The notes under the pieces are model-generated. The model saw nothing but the letters and a program-made list of their open reading frames with translations. It ran no database searches and had not been told where the DNA came from. From an uncultured Alphaproteobacteria bacterium (GTDB taxonomy: Bacteria > Pseudomonadota > Alphaproteobacteria > HIMB59 > GCA-002718135): 64,000 bases of DNA. Shown here in pieces: positions 9,487 to 18,004 of the stretch. The stretch lies in contig CABXWB010000006.1 of NCBI GenBank assembly GCA_902515745.1, positions 23,117 through 87,116 of the forward strand, written 5' to 3'. The position numbers were made by a program, and so were the translations under genes. Numbering within the stretch: the first letter of the stretch is position 1; the number at the start of each line of letters is the position of its first letter.

Positions 9487-10608
9487 TTAAGAATAATTAA
9501 AAGGTAGTGAGCACACTTTACCTTTTCTCTCGATATTGTCTGGTGTTAATACGATAACATCCTGCCCATCATTCCAATAATCTCTATCAACCATTGATAG
9601 CCCAATATTGGTTTTTAAAAATGGTGAATAAATACCAGAGGTGATATTACCAATTTGAAATCTATTTTTTGAGTATACAGGAAAAGGTATTGTACACGAA
9701 GGAGTCGGCGACCCATCAAAAGTAATTCCTTTTATTTTTTTTTCTATTCCATTTTTTAATATTTTTTTTAGTGCATTTTTTCCAATGAAATCATGCGATA
9801 AATTGTTACAATAATCATCAAATCCACATTCAATTGGATTATTTTCTAAAGTAAATTCATTACCATAGGATAATAAACCACCTTCTATTCTATCAATTAA
9901 ATTTGGACATCCAGGTGAAATATTAAAATCTTTTCCTGCTTCCCAAATAGTTTCCCAAAGTTTTTTTCCTAAACTAAAACCTTTAAGGTAAATCTCAAAA
10001 CCATCTTGTTTGCTATATCCTGATCTTGCAATTATCTGTTTTGTTCTTTCAAATTCAAAAAAAGAAAAATGAAAGAATTTTAATTTTTTAATTTTTTCTC
10101 CAAATATTGATGACATTAATTTTTCAGATTTTGGACCTTGAATTGCTAAGGGATAAATATCTGGCTCTATAATATCAACTTTAAAATTTCTTCCTACAGC
10201 CAATCCTTTTGCCCAAAGAAGAACATCTGAATCTGCAACTGATAGCCAATATTTATTTTCACTTAATTTTAAAAGTACAGGATCATTTATCATCCCTGCA
10301 TTTTCATCAATCATTGGATAATAGTAACATTTACCAATAGGCATATCTTTTATAGACCTTGGAGACATGAGTTGTATTAATTCTGTAGCATCTTCTCCTA
10401 TTATTTGAACCTGTCGTTGACATGAAACATCCCAAATTTGAGTATTTTTAGATAAGTGCCAATAATCTTCTTCAACTGTTGCTTTATATGATTTTGGAAG
10501 AAGCATATGATTAACTACAGTAAAACCACTTACACCAGCCTCAATTACTTTCTCTGTATAGGGAGTCCTCCTAATACGTCTAGACATGTTTAATCCTGAA
10601 TTACTCAT
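9487..10608 (-). CDS. dmdA: DMSP demethylase-like protein (DmdA/GcvT fold, THF-dependent); divergent variant
   Basis: SRRIRRTPY, NHMLLP, NDPVLLKL, ADSD, ARSGYSKQ and PGCPNLIDRIE motifs; start revised to ATG 10608, 1 nt after the upstream stop. Confidence 0.75.
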   Translation of the reverse strand: MSNSGLNMSRRIRRTPYTEKVIEAGVSGFTVVNHMLLPKSYKATVEEDYWHLSKNTQIWDVSCQRQVQIIGEDATELIQLMSPRSIKDMPIGKCYYYPMIDENAGMINDPVLLKLSENKYWLSVADSDVLLWAKGLAVGRNFKVDIIEPDIYPLAIQGPKSEKLMSSIFGEKIKKLKFFHFSFFEFERTKQIIARSGYSKQDGFEIYLKGFSLGKKLWETIWEAGKDFNISPGCPNLIDRIEGGLLSYGNEFTLENNPIECGFDDYCNNLSHDFIGKNALKKILKNGIEKKIKGITFDGSPTPSCTIPFPVYSKNRFQIGNITSGIYSPFLKTNIGLSMVDRDYWNDGQDVIVLTPDNIERKGKVCSLPFNYS

Positions 10609-10609
10609 T

Positions 10610-10945
10610 TTATTTAGACCACCATATTGAGTATCCATTTGGAGAAATAATTAAAGGTATGTGATATTTTTTAAGAGGATCTTTCATTTTAAATTTAACA
10701 CTGATTGAATTAATTATTTCACTAGTATTTCTAAAATATTTACCAGAATTAATTATCATTTCATAATCACTTTCACAATCTTCTTTCGTTAATTCAAATT
10801 CTTTAAGCATTCTTCCAGAACTATCTGTTTTATCTTCTAGAAATACGACTTTGTTATTATTATTTACTTTATAAATAACAATTTCTACATCACTTGCATG
10901 CGTACCATCTATTGAGTTTAGTAAATGTGTTGAAAAAATTGCCAT
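10610..10945 (-). CDS. Transthyretin-like (5-hydroxyisourate hydrolase family) protein with non-canonical C-terminus
   Basis: STHLLN, TD..GR and YHIPLIISP.GYS motifs; ends IWWSK rather than YRGS. Confidence 0.8.
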   Translation of the reverse strand: MAIFSTHLLNSIDGTHASDVEIVIYKVNNNNKVVFLEDKTDSSGRMLKEFELTKEDCESDYEMIINSGKYFRNTSEIINSISVKFKMKDPLKKYHIPLIISPNGYSIWWSK

Positions 10946-10948
10946 AAC

Positions 10949-12691
10949 CTACTCTATAGACGCTTTATCTCTTTTATCACTTACTGCAGCAACTATTGGA
11001 CTGATAACACCTTTAGCCTTAACATTTAAACATGCAGTTTTACCACTTTCTAACGCTCTTTTTAAAGCGGGGCCTAAATCTTCTCTTTTAGTAACTAATT
11101 CTCCATGTCCTCCAAAACCCTCAAAAATTGAATGAAATGGAATATCTCTAAAATCAGTTGCAAAGTGTTTCCCACTTTCAAACAACCTTTCTTGTTGTTG
11201 AGAAATACAGTCAAGACCTCCATTGTTATCGATAACTACAACAATAGGTTTTTTTTCTTGAAATGCAGCTTCAATTGATAATCCGCCAGATAAAAATGCA
11301 CCATCTCCACTTATTAAAACAACATTAGATTTAGGATTAAGATTTTTCGCTGATACTGCAAAAGGAACTCCAACACCTAACATACTAAAAGTGCCTGGAT
11401 GTAATATTCCTCCAAGTTTTTTACCTTTTGATCCAGCAATATTAATTGCAATCTCAGACCAGAAATGTGTGTTTCCACCATCAATAACTAACCAATCATT
11501 TTCAGTTAATACTTCTTGAACATCTAAAGCTAACTGAAGAGGATGAATTTTTCCACCTTCTTTTTTAGCCTCTTCAGTTTCTTTATTTAAATCATCTAAT
11601 GTTTTATCAATCCAATTTTTTTTCTCTTTTTTATTCTTATCAAACCATTCATTATTTAATTTCCATTTACTATTTTTCTTTAATTCTACGAGTTTATCCA
11701 AAAAGACTCCAGGATCACAAAGTAAATTAATATCTGCAGCTCTATTTAATTCTATTTCTTCATGTGATCCATTAATACAAACAAGCTTTGTGCTTTTTGG
11801 AAAAAGTGGAGGATTACCAAAATTCATTTGATTATCAAGACGTGCACCAATCATAAGAACCAAATCTGATTCATTGAGAGCCATCTTTGATGGGGGATAT
11901 TGATGAATATCTGCAAGACCCATATATGTATCTGCCTCTTCACCTAAAAGTTTTTGGTGGTATGGTATATTAAATATTGGAATATTTAATTCAAACCCAG
12001 CTTGCTCTAATTTTTTTTCTGCACTAGACCACCAAACTCCATGCCCTCCAATAAAAACTGGTTTTTTAGCATTAATTGCTAGATCAAATATTTCATTTAA
12101 ACTCTTAGGATCGGGCCAAGCTTTTGCTAAAGGTTTTTTTTGTTGAGTAAACGGTCTTTCTTCTAAACCTGCATCATCTGCAAATGATGAAAACATTATA
12201 TCTACTGGCACACTTAAATGTACAGCACCTGGATAACCATTTGTTGCTATTCTATAAGCTTTATCTACGAACTCCCTTATTCTATTGCCATCTGTTATAC
12301 TGGCACTGTATTTTGTTAAAGGTGCAGCAATAGATACATCATCTATTTCCTTAAAACCGCCTGATCCTTGTCTTTTTAAGCTACTAGATCCAGTTATAAA
12401 AATAACAGGGGATCTTTCACCCCAAGCTTCCATCATTGAGGGTACTGCATTTGCGAAACCTTCTGGCCCAACAATACAAACAGATGGTTTTCTTGATATT
12501 CTAGTATGACCATCAGCTAAATGACCAGCAATTTGTTCATGAGGACAATTAATTACATTAATTTGACACTCCATAAATCCTTCAAGTGCCGGATTACAAA
12601 AACCTCCAGAAAGTGTAAAAACATTATCAATACCTTTGTCTTTAATAGCTCTTGCAACTAATGCTCCACCTCTAATCTTTTTATCTCCCAT
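10949..12691 (-). CDS. Thiamine-diphosphate-dependent enzyme (ALS/2-hydroxyacyl-CoA lyase superfamily)
   Basis: HEQ catalytic Glu; GDGAF...NN ThDP motif; 580 aa three-domain size. Confidence 0.88.
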   Translation of the reverse strand: MGDKKIRGGALVARAIKDKGIDNVFTLSGGFCNPALEGFMECQINVINCPHEQIAGHLADGHTRISRKPSVCIVGPEGFANAVPSMMEAWGERSPVIFITGSSSLKRQGSGGFKEIDDVSIAAPLTKYSASITDGNRIREFVDKAYRIATNGYPGAVHLSVPVDIMFSSFADDAGLEERPFTQQKKPLAKAWPDPKSLNEIFDLAINAKKPVFIGGHGVWWSSAEKKLEQAGFELNIPIFNIPYHQKLLGEEADTYMGLADIHQYPPSKMALNESDLVLMIGARLDNQMNFGNPPLFPKSTKLVCINGSHEEIELNRAADINLLCDPGVFLDKLVELKKNSKWKLNNEWFDKNKKEKKNWIDKTLDDLNKETEEAKKEGGKIHPLQLALDVQEVLTENDWLVIDGGNTHFWSEIAINIAGSKGKKLGGILHPGTFSMLGVGVPFAVSAKNLNPKSNVVLISGDGAFLSGGLSIEAAFQEKKPIVVVIDNNGGLDCISQQQERLFESGKHFATDFRDIPFHSIFEGFGGHGELVTKREDLGPALKRALESGKTACLNVKAKGVISPIVAAVSDKRDKASIE

Positions 12692-12692
12692 C

Positions 12693-13856
12693 TTAATACT
12701 TTATATCCTTAAAAAATTTCTCTGCTATAATTTTTTTATCAACTTCATTTATATCGGTTAATCCCACTAAGCCAAGATTTGTACTTAACTCTTCTTTAAT
12801 TAGGTTAATGATTCTTCTAAGACCTCTTGCACCATCTGCTCCAATAGCATACATTAAAGGTCTGCCAAACATAACAAAGTTAGCTCCCAGGGCTAATGCG
12901 CGTAAAATATCACTACCACTTCTAATGCCACTATCAAAAAATATTGGAAAATCTTCTCCCAAAGCTTTTCGTATTAATGGCAAAGCATTAATAGAAGCAG
13001 TAGCACTATCTAATTGCCTTCCACCATGATTTGATACTTGAATTGCATCAGCACCAGCCTCTTTAATATTCAAAGCATCTTCAAAATTCATTACTCCTTT
13101 GATTATTAATTTTCCTTTCCAAGCGTCTCGAACTCTTTTTAGAGTATTCCAATCAGTTGCTCCTCTACTTTCTTTTCGTCTAAAAATTTGATCACCACTT
13201 TTAGAGGTAACATAATTCATTGGTTGTGGAGCGCCTTTGAACAAAGTTGTTAAGCTCCATTGAGGATGTAGTGCAAAATCTAAAAATTGTTTTGGGCCAA
13301 TTTTAAAGGGATAACCAAAGCCATTTCTATCATCTCTGGCTCTTCGTGAAAGAATTGGAACATCAACAGTAAGGATCAAAACCTTGTATCCAATACTTTC
13401 TGCTCTTTTTAATAATTCCATAATAAATTCTTCACTTTGAAAAATATATATTTGCATCCATGAATGACCTTCTGAAAAAGTAAACATATCTTCAAGTGTT
13501 GTACTCGAAGCCATTGAAACACATGTTGGAATATTATTATATGCACTTTCTTTAGCTATCATTTTATCTGCTTCAGGCCATGAAAGATTTGTCATTCCCA
13601 TTGGTGCAAATCCAAATGGATAATCAAAATGAAAATCAAATATTTTTTTACTTAAATTTCTATTCTCAACATTTCTAAAAACCTTAGGTTCAAGTCTAAT
13701 TTGATCTAATGCAGTACTATTAATTTCAGCAAGTTTATCATCTCCTGATGCTCCATCAATAAAATCAAAGACTAATTTAGGTAATCTTTTTTTAGATAAT
13801 CTTATCGCATCATCTATTGTATAGATTTTAGTGCTAGGTCTAATAAGCTCATTCAT
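12693..13856 (-). CDS. FMN-dependent alpha-hydroxy acid oxidase/dehydrogenase (LldD/mandelate dehydrogenase family)
   Basis: LTVD, IKGV, VSNHGGRQLD, DSGIRSG and GRP motifs. Confidence 0.93.
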   Translation of the reverse strand: MNELIRPSTKIYTIDDAIRLSKKRLPKLVFDFIDGASGDDKLAEINSTALDQIRLEPKVFRNVENRNLSKKIFDFHFDYPFGFAPMGMTNLSWPEADKMIAKESAYNNIPTCVSMASSTTLEDMFTFSEGHSWMQIYIFQSEEFIMELLKRAESIGYKVLILTVDVPILSRRARDDRNGFGYPFKIGPKQFLDFALHPQWSLTTLFKGAPQPMNYVTSKSGDQIFRRKESRGATDWNTLKRVRDAWKGKLIIKGVMNFEDALNIKEAGADAIQVSNHGGRQLDSATASINALPLIRKALGEDFPIFFDSGIRSGSDILRALALGANFVMFGRPLMYAIGADGARGLRRIINLIKEELSTNLGLVGLTDINEVDKKIIAEKFFKDIKY

Positions 13857-13904
13857 TTTAATATTTGTATTCTAATATAATTTATAATTCTATTATAAAA
13901 TATA

Positions 13905-15134
13905 TTAGTTTTTTGAAATACCCTTCCAAGGTATTGGACTAGATGGAATATCTTCTTTTATACCTCTTTGTATTTCTCCTTTCTCATCATACATTGGTAA
14001 AGTACATATTTCACCTTTTTGCACACTACCATCATCACATCTAACATCTACTATTGTGTCTGGCCCAAACTCTGCTTTATCCATATGAACTATAGCAACA
14101 CCACAAACTTGAAATGGCGACCATGTACTTGAAGTTACAATTCCAACTTTTTTATTATCAATAGAAATTTCAGAATCAACCAACGCAAAGCTATTTTCTA
14201 CTCTCATACCCCATGTTAAACAATCTTTGCTTGCATTAAGTAAATAATCTCTTCCAATAAAATCTCCTTTATTAAAATCTATAAACTTTCCTAATCCAAC
14301 GGCAAATGGAGATCGATCTCTCGTAAAATCTCTCCCTGCAGATAAGAGACCTGCCTCAATTCTTCTACATCTAAATCCTGGTGAGGCTGTTAGAATCATT
14401 CCCATTTCTTCACCTTTACTGAGTATTAAGTCTCCAATTTTTTTTGAATCATTTTCTGGTCTTAAATAAATTTCCCAGCCAAGTTCATTTGTAAAGCCTG
14501 TTCTGCTTATAAGCACTTCTTCTGAATCAATTGAAGTTTCAACCCAATCAAAATAATTAAAATTATTTTTTAATGGTTGATCAACTAGTTTTTCTAAAAG
14601 TTTTAAAGATTTAGGGCCTTGTATTTGACTGACCCAAACGTTTGGATCTTTAATTTCAACATCTAAATTTTTCGAATGAGCTTTGTACCAACTATATAAA
14701 TGTCCATCACCTTGTGCAAACCAAAATTTATTTTTTTCTAATCTTAATAATAATCCATCTGAAATCATTCCCCCATCATGGTAACAAGCAAATTGATAAG
14801 AACATCGTCCTATTTTTACTTTTGAAATATCCCTAGGAAATATTTGTTGAAGTAAATTTTCAGCATCCGGACCAGAGATTTCGTATGGATGCTCACCCGT
14901 ATGACGTAAAATTATTTCTCGTCTAGCTTTCCAATACATTTCATCTGCTGTAGCATGAGATAATTTTTCAAGCGTAAATCTGCCATCGGCGTAGTTAGTA
15001 TATTCTGGGTTAAGTGGTAACTCTTGATATGTAAGAGGATGTATTTTCATAGGCCTAGCCAAATCTAAAGATCTACCAGTTTCTTTAACCACTGGCTTTA
15101 CAACAAATCTGAAATTACTAACTAAATCTCCCAT
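13905..15134 (-). CDS. Aminomethyltransferase (GcvT-fold) family protein, unknown substrate
   Basis: GPDA, QIQGPKS, SRTGFTNELGWEIY, RRIEAG and DFIGR motifs. Confidence 0.85.
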   Translation of the reverse strand: MGDLVSNFRFVVKPVVKETGRSLDLARPMKIHPLTYQELPLNPEYTNYADGRFTLEKLSHATADEMYWKARREIILRHTGEHPYEISGPDAENLLQQIFPRDISKVKIGRCSYQFACYHDGGMISDGLLLRLEKNKFWFAQGDGHLYSWYKAHSKNLDVEIKDPNVWVSQIQGPKSLKLLEKLVDQPLKNNFNYFDWVETSIDSEEVLISRTGFTNELGWEIYLRPENDSKKIGDLILSKGEEMGMILTASPGFRCRRIEAGLLSAGRDFTRDRSPFAVGLGKFIDFNKGDFIGRDYLLNASKDCLTWGMRVENSFALVDSEISIDNKKVGIVTSSTWSPFQVCGVAIVHMDKAEFGPDTIVDVRCDDGSVQKGEICTLPMYDEKGEIQRGIKEDIPSSPIPWKGISKN

Positions 15135-15175
15135 AAAATTTGTTCAACTTATCACAAAATAATGAAAAAAAAATT

Positions 15176-16099
15176 TTAAAATAAATTCTTAATTGCTTCA
15201 ATATGTCGTGGCTTTACTTCACAGCATCCACCAACTAGAGTAACACCTTCATTTAAAGATTTTAAAACAAACTTTTTATATTTTTCTTCTTTAAATTCCT
15301 CTTTTCGAGTCCCAAGTAACTCAACGGGATCAATATAATCATAATGTCCTTCAAAACCTTCTGAATTGAATTTTTCTTCATTACTAGTAGGCAGTTGTTT
15401 AAATAAATTCATTTTATAACCAAAAGGAAGCTTTTGTTTATTAAATATAGGAATGCTTAAATTTACGATTTCAGGTGATACGCAGGCTGATACTATGCCG
15501 CAACAATTAAATTTTTGAATAGTTTCAAAAAGTTCTTCAAGACTTTCTCCAGATGGTAATTTCCCATCATAACGTAAGTGCACACCTACAAGAACTTGTT
15601 TATTAAATTCTTTTGAAGCTTCCAAAGCAATTTTTATTTCTTTGATGGAACACAAAACATCTAAGTAAAATATATCGACGTAATCTTTTAATATTTTTGC
15701 AATTTCATGAAAATAATTAAACATTGTTTCATCAGTTTCAAAATGTATTGGGGAATATGTATTTCCTTGGTTTGGTAGAGAGCCTGCGAGAATAATTTTC
15801 TTATCACTTTCATTTTTTGCTTTTAATGCGAGTGCTCCAGCAGATCTTATTCCAAATTCAAATTTATCAAGTAAATTGTATTTTTTTAATAATCTCCTTC
15901 TAACACTAAAATTTGATGTAACGATTAATTGTGATCCCGCATTTATAAAATTTTTATGCATTTCTACGACCATTGAGTGATTATTTTCATTTAATAAAGC
16001 TTCTGCAGACCAAAGATCACCTGTAGTTTCTAAACCCATTTCCATTAAAGTTTGACCGGAACCACCATCAAAGAGGTATTTCTTATTTTTTAAAAACAT
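15176..16099 (-). CDS. Homocysteine S-methyltransferase family protein (MmuM/BHMT-like)
   Basis: DGG N-terminal motif, H..FI.AG, Zn ligands in SACVSPE and GGCC. Confidence 0.88.
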   Translation of the reverse strand: MFLKNKKYLFDGGSGQTLMEMGLETTGDLWSAEALLNENNHSMVVEMHKNFINAGSQLIVTSNFSVRRRLLKKYNLLDKFEFGIRSAGALALKAKNESDKKIILAGSLPNQGNTYSPIHFETDETMFNYFHEIAKILKDYVDIFYLDVLCSIKEIKIALEASKEFNKQVLVGVHLRYDGKLPSGESLEELFETIQKFNCCGIVSACVSPEIVNLSIPIFNKQKLPFGYKMNLFKQLPTSNEEKFNSEGFEGHYDYIDPVELLGTRKEEFKEEKYKKFVLKSLNEGVTLVGGCCEVKPRHIEAIKNLF

Positions 16100-16124
16100 T
16101 TTTTTGTGAGATTAGTTGAAATAA

Positions 16125-16148
16125 TGTGGCGCATTTAAATGCGCCACA
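16125..16148 (-). terminator. GC-rich hairpin downstream of the binding-protein gene (terminator or mRNA stabiliser)
   Basis: Perfect palindrome TGTGGCGCATTTAAATGCGCCACA, followed by TTATTT on the minus strand. Confidence 0.7.
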
Positions 16149-16163
16149 AAGAAAATTAATATT

Positions 16164-17792
16164 TTATGCAAACCACCAACGTTCAGAAAGTTTGTTACCG
16201 TCACTTTCCCAGTTACCAGCAACGTCTTCTCCGTGAGCAAGTTTTTTAGAACCAGCACCAACATATTGGTTAAATGCATAAACAATTGCACCACCATCGT
16301 AGTTACAAAGAGCTTGTGCTTCCCAGTACATTGATTTTCTTTTTTCTGCATCAAGTTCTGATCTAGCAGATCTAACAAGTTCATTGAAACGAACAGTTGA
16401 ATCAGTTTGAACTAGATTACCCCAAGCAGCTTCATTCCATTCAGTATCATCTGTGAATGCAGCAGACCACATCATATCTTCTGTAGGTCTTCCACCCCAA
16501 GAACTCATACTGAAGCCTTTAGTATTCCATACGTTACTCCAGTAACCATCTTCAGGCTCTTTTTTAACCCTAAGATCGATACCACATTCTTGAGCGGAAG
16601 CTGCAATCAAGTTAGTTGCATCTGTACAACCTGCATAAGGAACCTCAGAAGTACTAATTTCAATTGGTCCACTTACACCAGATTTTTTCCAGTGATAAGA
16701 AGCTTTATCAGCATCGAACTCTCTTTGCTCTAAAGCACCATTGTGATATGGGTGCGCGGTAGAGATCGGATGATCATTACCAACAGTACCATATCCAAGC
16801 ATAATCTTATCAACAATTTCCTGCCTTTTAATTGCAAATTTTAATGCCATACGAACATCAAAGTTATCAAACGGTGGAACGTTTAATCTCATTGGCGCTG
16901 TATAGTGAGCGTACCCAGAAGCTGCTGTGATTTCTACACTAGGATTTCTAGTTAATAGATTTGCAGTTCTAAGATCAACACCATTCATCCAATCAATTTC
17001 ACCATTTAATAAAGCTGCTTGTCTTGTTGCAGGATCATTAATTCCAATTACTTCAACTGAATCAAAGTGTGCAACACCATCACCTTTAAAATAATTTGGA
17101 TTTCTTTTTCCAAATTTTGCACCAACACCTGGGTTGAATTCATCCATAATATATGGACCAGTTCCAATCGTAGATTGAGCGTCAACCACTCCATCTTTTG
17201 TTGGTTTAATCATAATGTGATAGTCAGTTGTTATTGCAGGCCAATCGGCATTAGCTCCTTTTAGCTTAAAAATAACTCTGTCATTTCCATCAGCTGAAAT
17301 TGTATCAATTTGAGATAACAACCCACCTGCTGCCGAAGCAGTATCTGGATTCATATGATACTGGTAGTTGAGTACAACATCTTCTGCAGTCATTGATTTA
17401 CCATTATGGAATTCAACTCCTTTACGAAGATTATACACCCAAGTTTGAGCATCATCTGATTCAATTGATTCAGCTAGCTCTCCAACAATTGTATGATCTG
17501 AATCAACAACTGTTAGACAGTTCTGATATGACCAAGCAGTAGCTTGCATAAACGAGCTCTGATAAGTCGCTGGATCAAGAGTATCAGTTGCATCTGCTGC
17601 ACTGTTACCCCATCTTAAATGTCCACCTTTTTTTGGTGTAGCAGCAACCGCTTTATCTGCTAAAGATAATGCAATTGGAAGCGTAACCCCAGTAGCAAGG
17701 ACAGACATCATGAACTGTCTTCTATCAATAAGCCCTTTTGTAAGCTTTGAAGACTGTTCCTCAATGTATTTGTCTATTTTCTTATTTTTCAT
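16164..17792 (-). CDS. Family-5 (Opp/Dpp-type) ABC substrate-binding protein with Tat signal
   Basis: DRRQFM twin-arginine motif, LDPA, LRKGVEFHNG and GTGPY motifs; GGAGG Shine-Dalgarno before ATG 17792 supports the revised start. Confidence 0.92.
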   Translation of the reverse strand: MKNKKIDKYIEEQSSKLTKGLIDRRQFMMSVLATGVTLPIALSLADKAVAATPKKGGHLRWGNSAADATDTLDPATYQSSFMQATAWSYQNCLTVVDSDHTIVGELAESIESDDAQTWVYNLRKGVEFHNGKSMTAEDVVLNYQYHMNPDTASAAGGLLSQIDTISADGNDRVIFKLKGANADWPAITTDYHIMIKPTKDGVVDAQSTIGTGPYIMDEFNPGVGAKFGKRNPNYFKGDGVAHFDSVEVIGINDPATRQAALLNGEIDWMNGVDLRTANLLTRNPSVEITAASGYAHYTAPMRLNVPPFDNFDVRMALKFAIKRQEIVDKIMLGYGTVGNDHPISTAHPYHNGALEQREFDADKASYHWKKSGVSGPIEISTSEVPYAGCTDATNLIAASAQECGIDLRVKKEPEDGYWSNVWNTKGFSMSSWGGRPTEDMMWSAAFTDDTEWNEAAWGNLVQTDSTVRFNELVRSARSELDAEKRKSMYWEAQALCNYDGGAIVYAFNQYVGAGSKKLAHGEDVAGNWESDGNKLSERWWFA

Positions 17793-18004
17793 TTGTCCTC
17801 CCTTATAATTGAACAAAAACCTAAGATTTTTGTTCATAATTTCTAGAAATTTAACAAAAAACAAACTTAAGTTAATATATAAAAACATATATAACATTTT
17901 AATTCAACGTATAAATTATTAATTAATTATTAATTTTAGCTTGTATGTTGAGTCAATTTTGACAAAACTTTAAGAACTACAATTGTATCTTTAAGGAGGG
18001 TAAC

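Noticed and set aside
10949-12691. ThDP enzyme as biosynthetic acetolactate synthase or sulfoacetaldehyde acetyltransferase
   Set aside because: It lacks GYPGG/TSGPGATN and an ilvH partner, lacks the Xsc-type GIIGSA motif, and has no pta/taurine context
16100-16163. Possible SAM-II/SAM-V riboswitch before the homocysteine methyltransferase (GGCGCATTT resembles the SAM-V 5' strand)
   Set aside because: The segment is a closed perfect hairpin with no loop or downstream strand for the pseudoknot, so a terminator/stabiliser explains it better. An Infernal search would settle it.
17793-17897. N-terminal extension of the binding protein given in the ORF track
   Set aside because: The strong GGAGG before ATG 17792 and the Tat motif position favour the shorter start; the upstream part is AT-rich spacer
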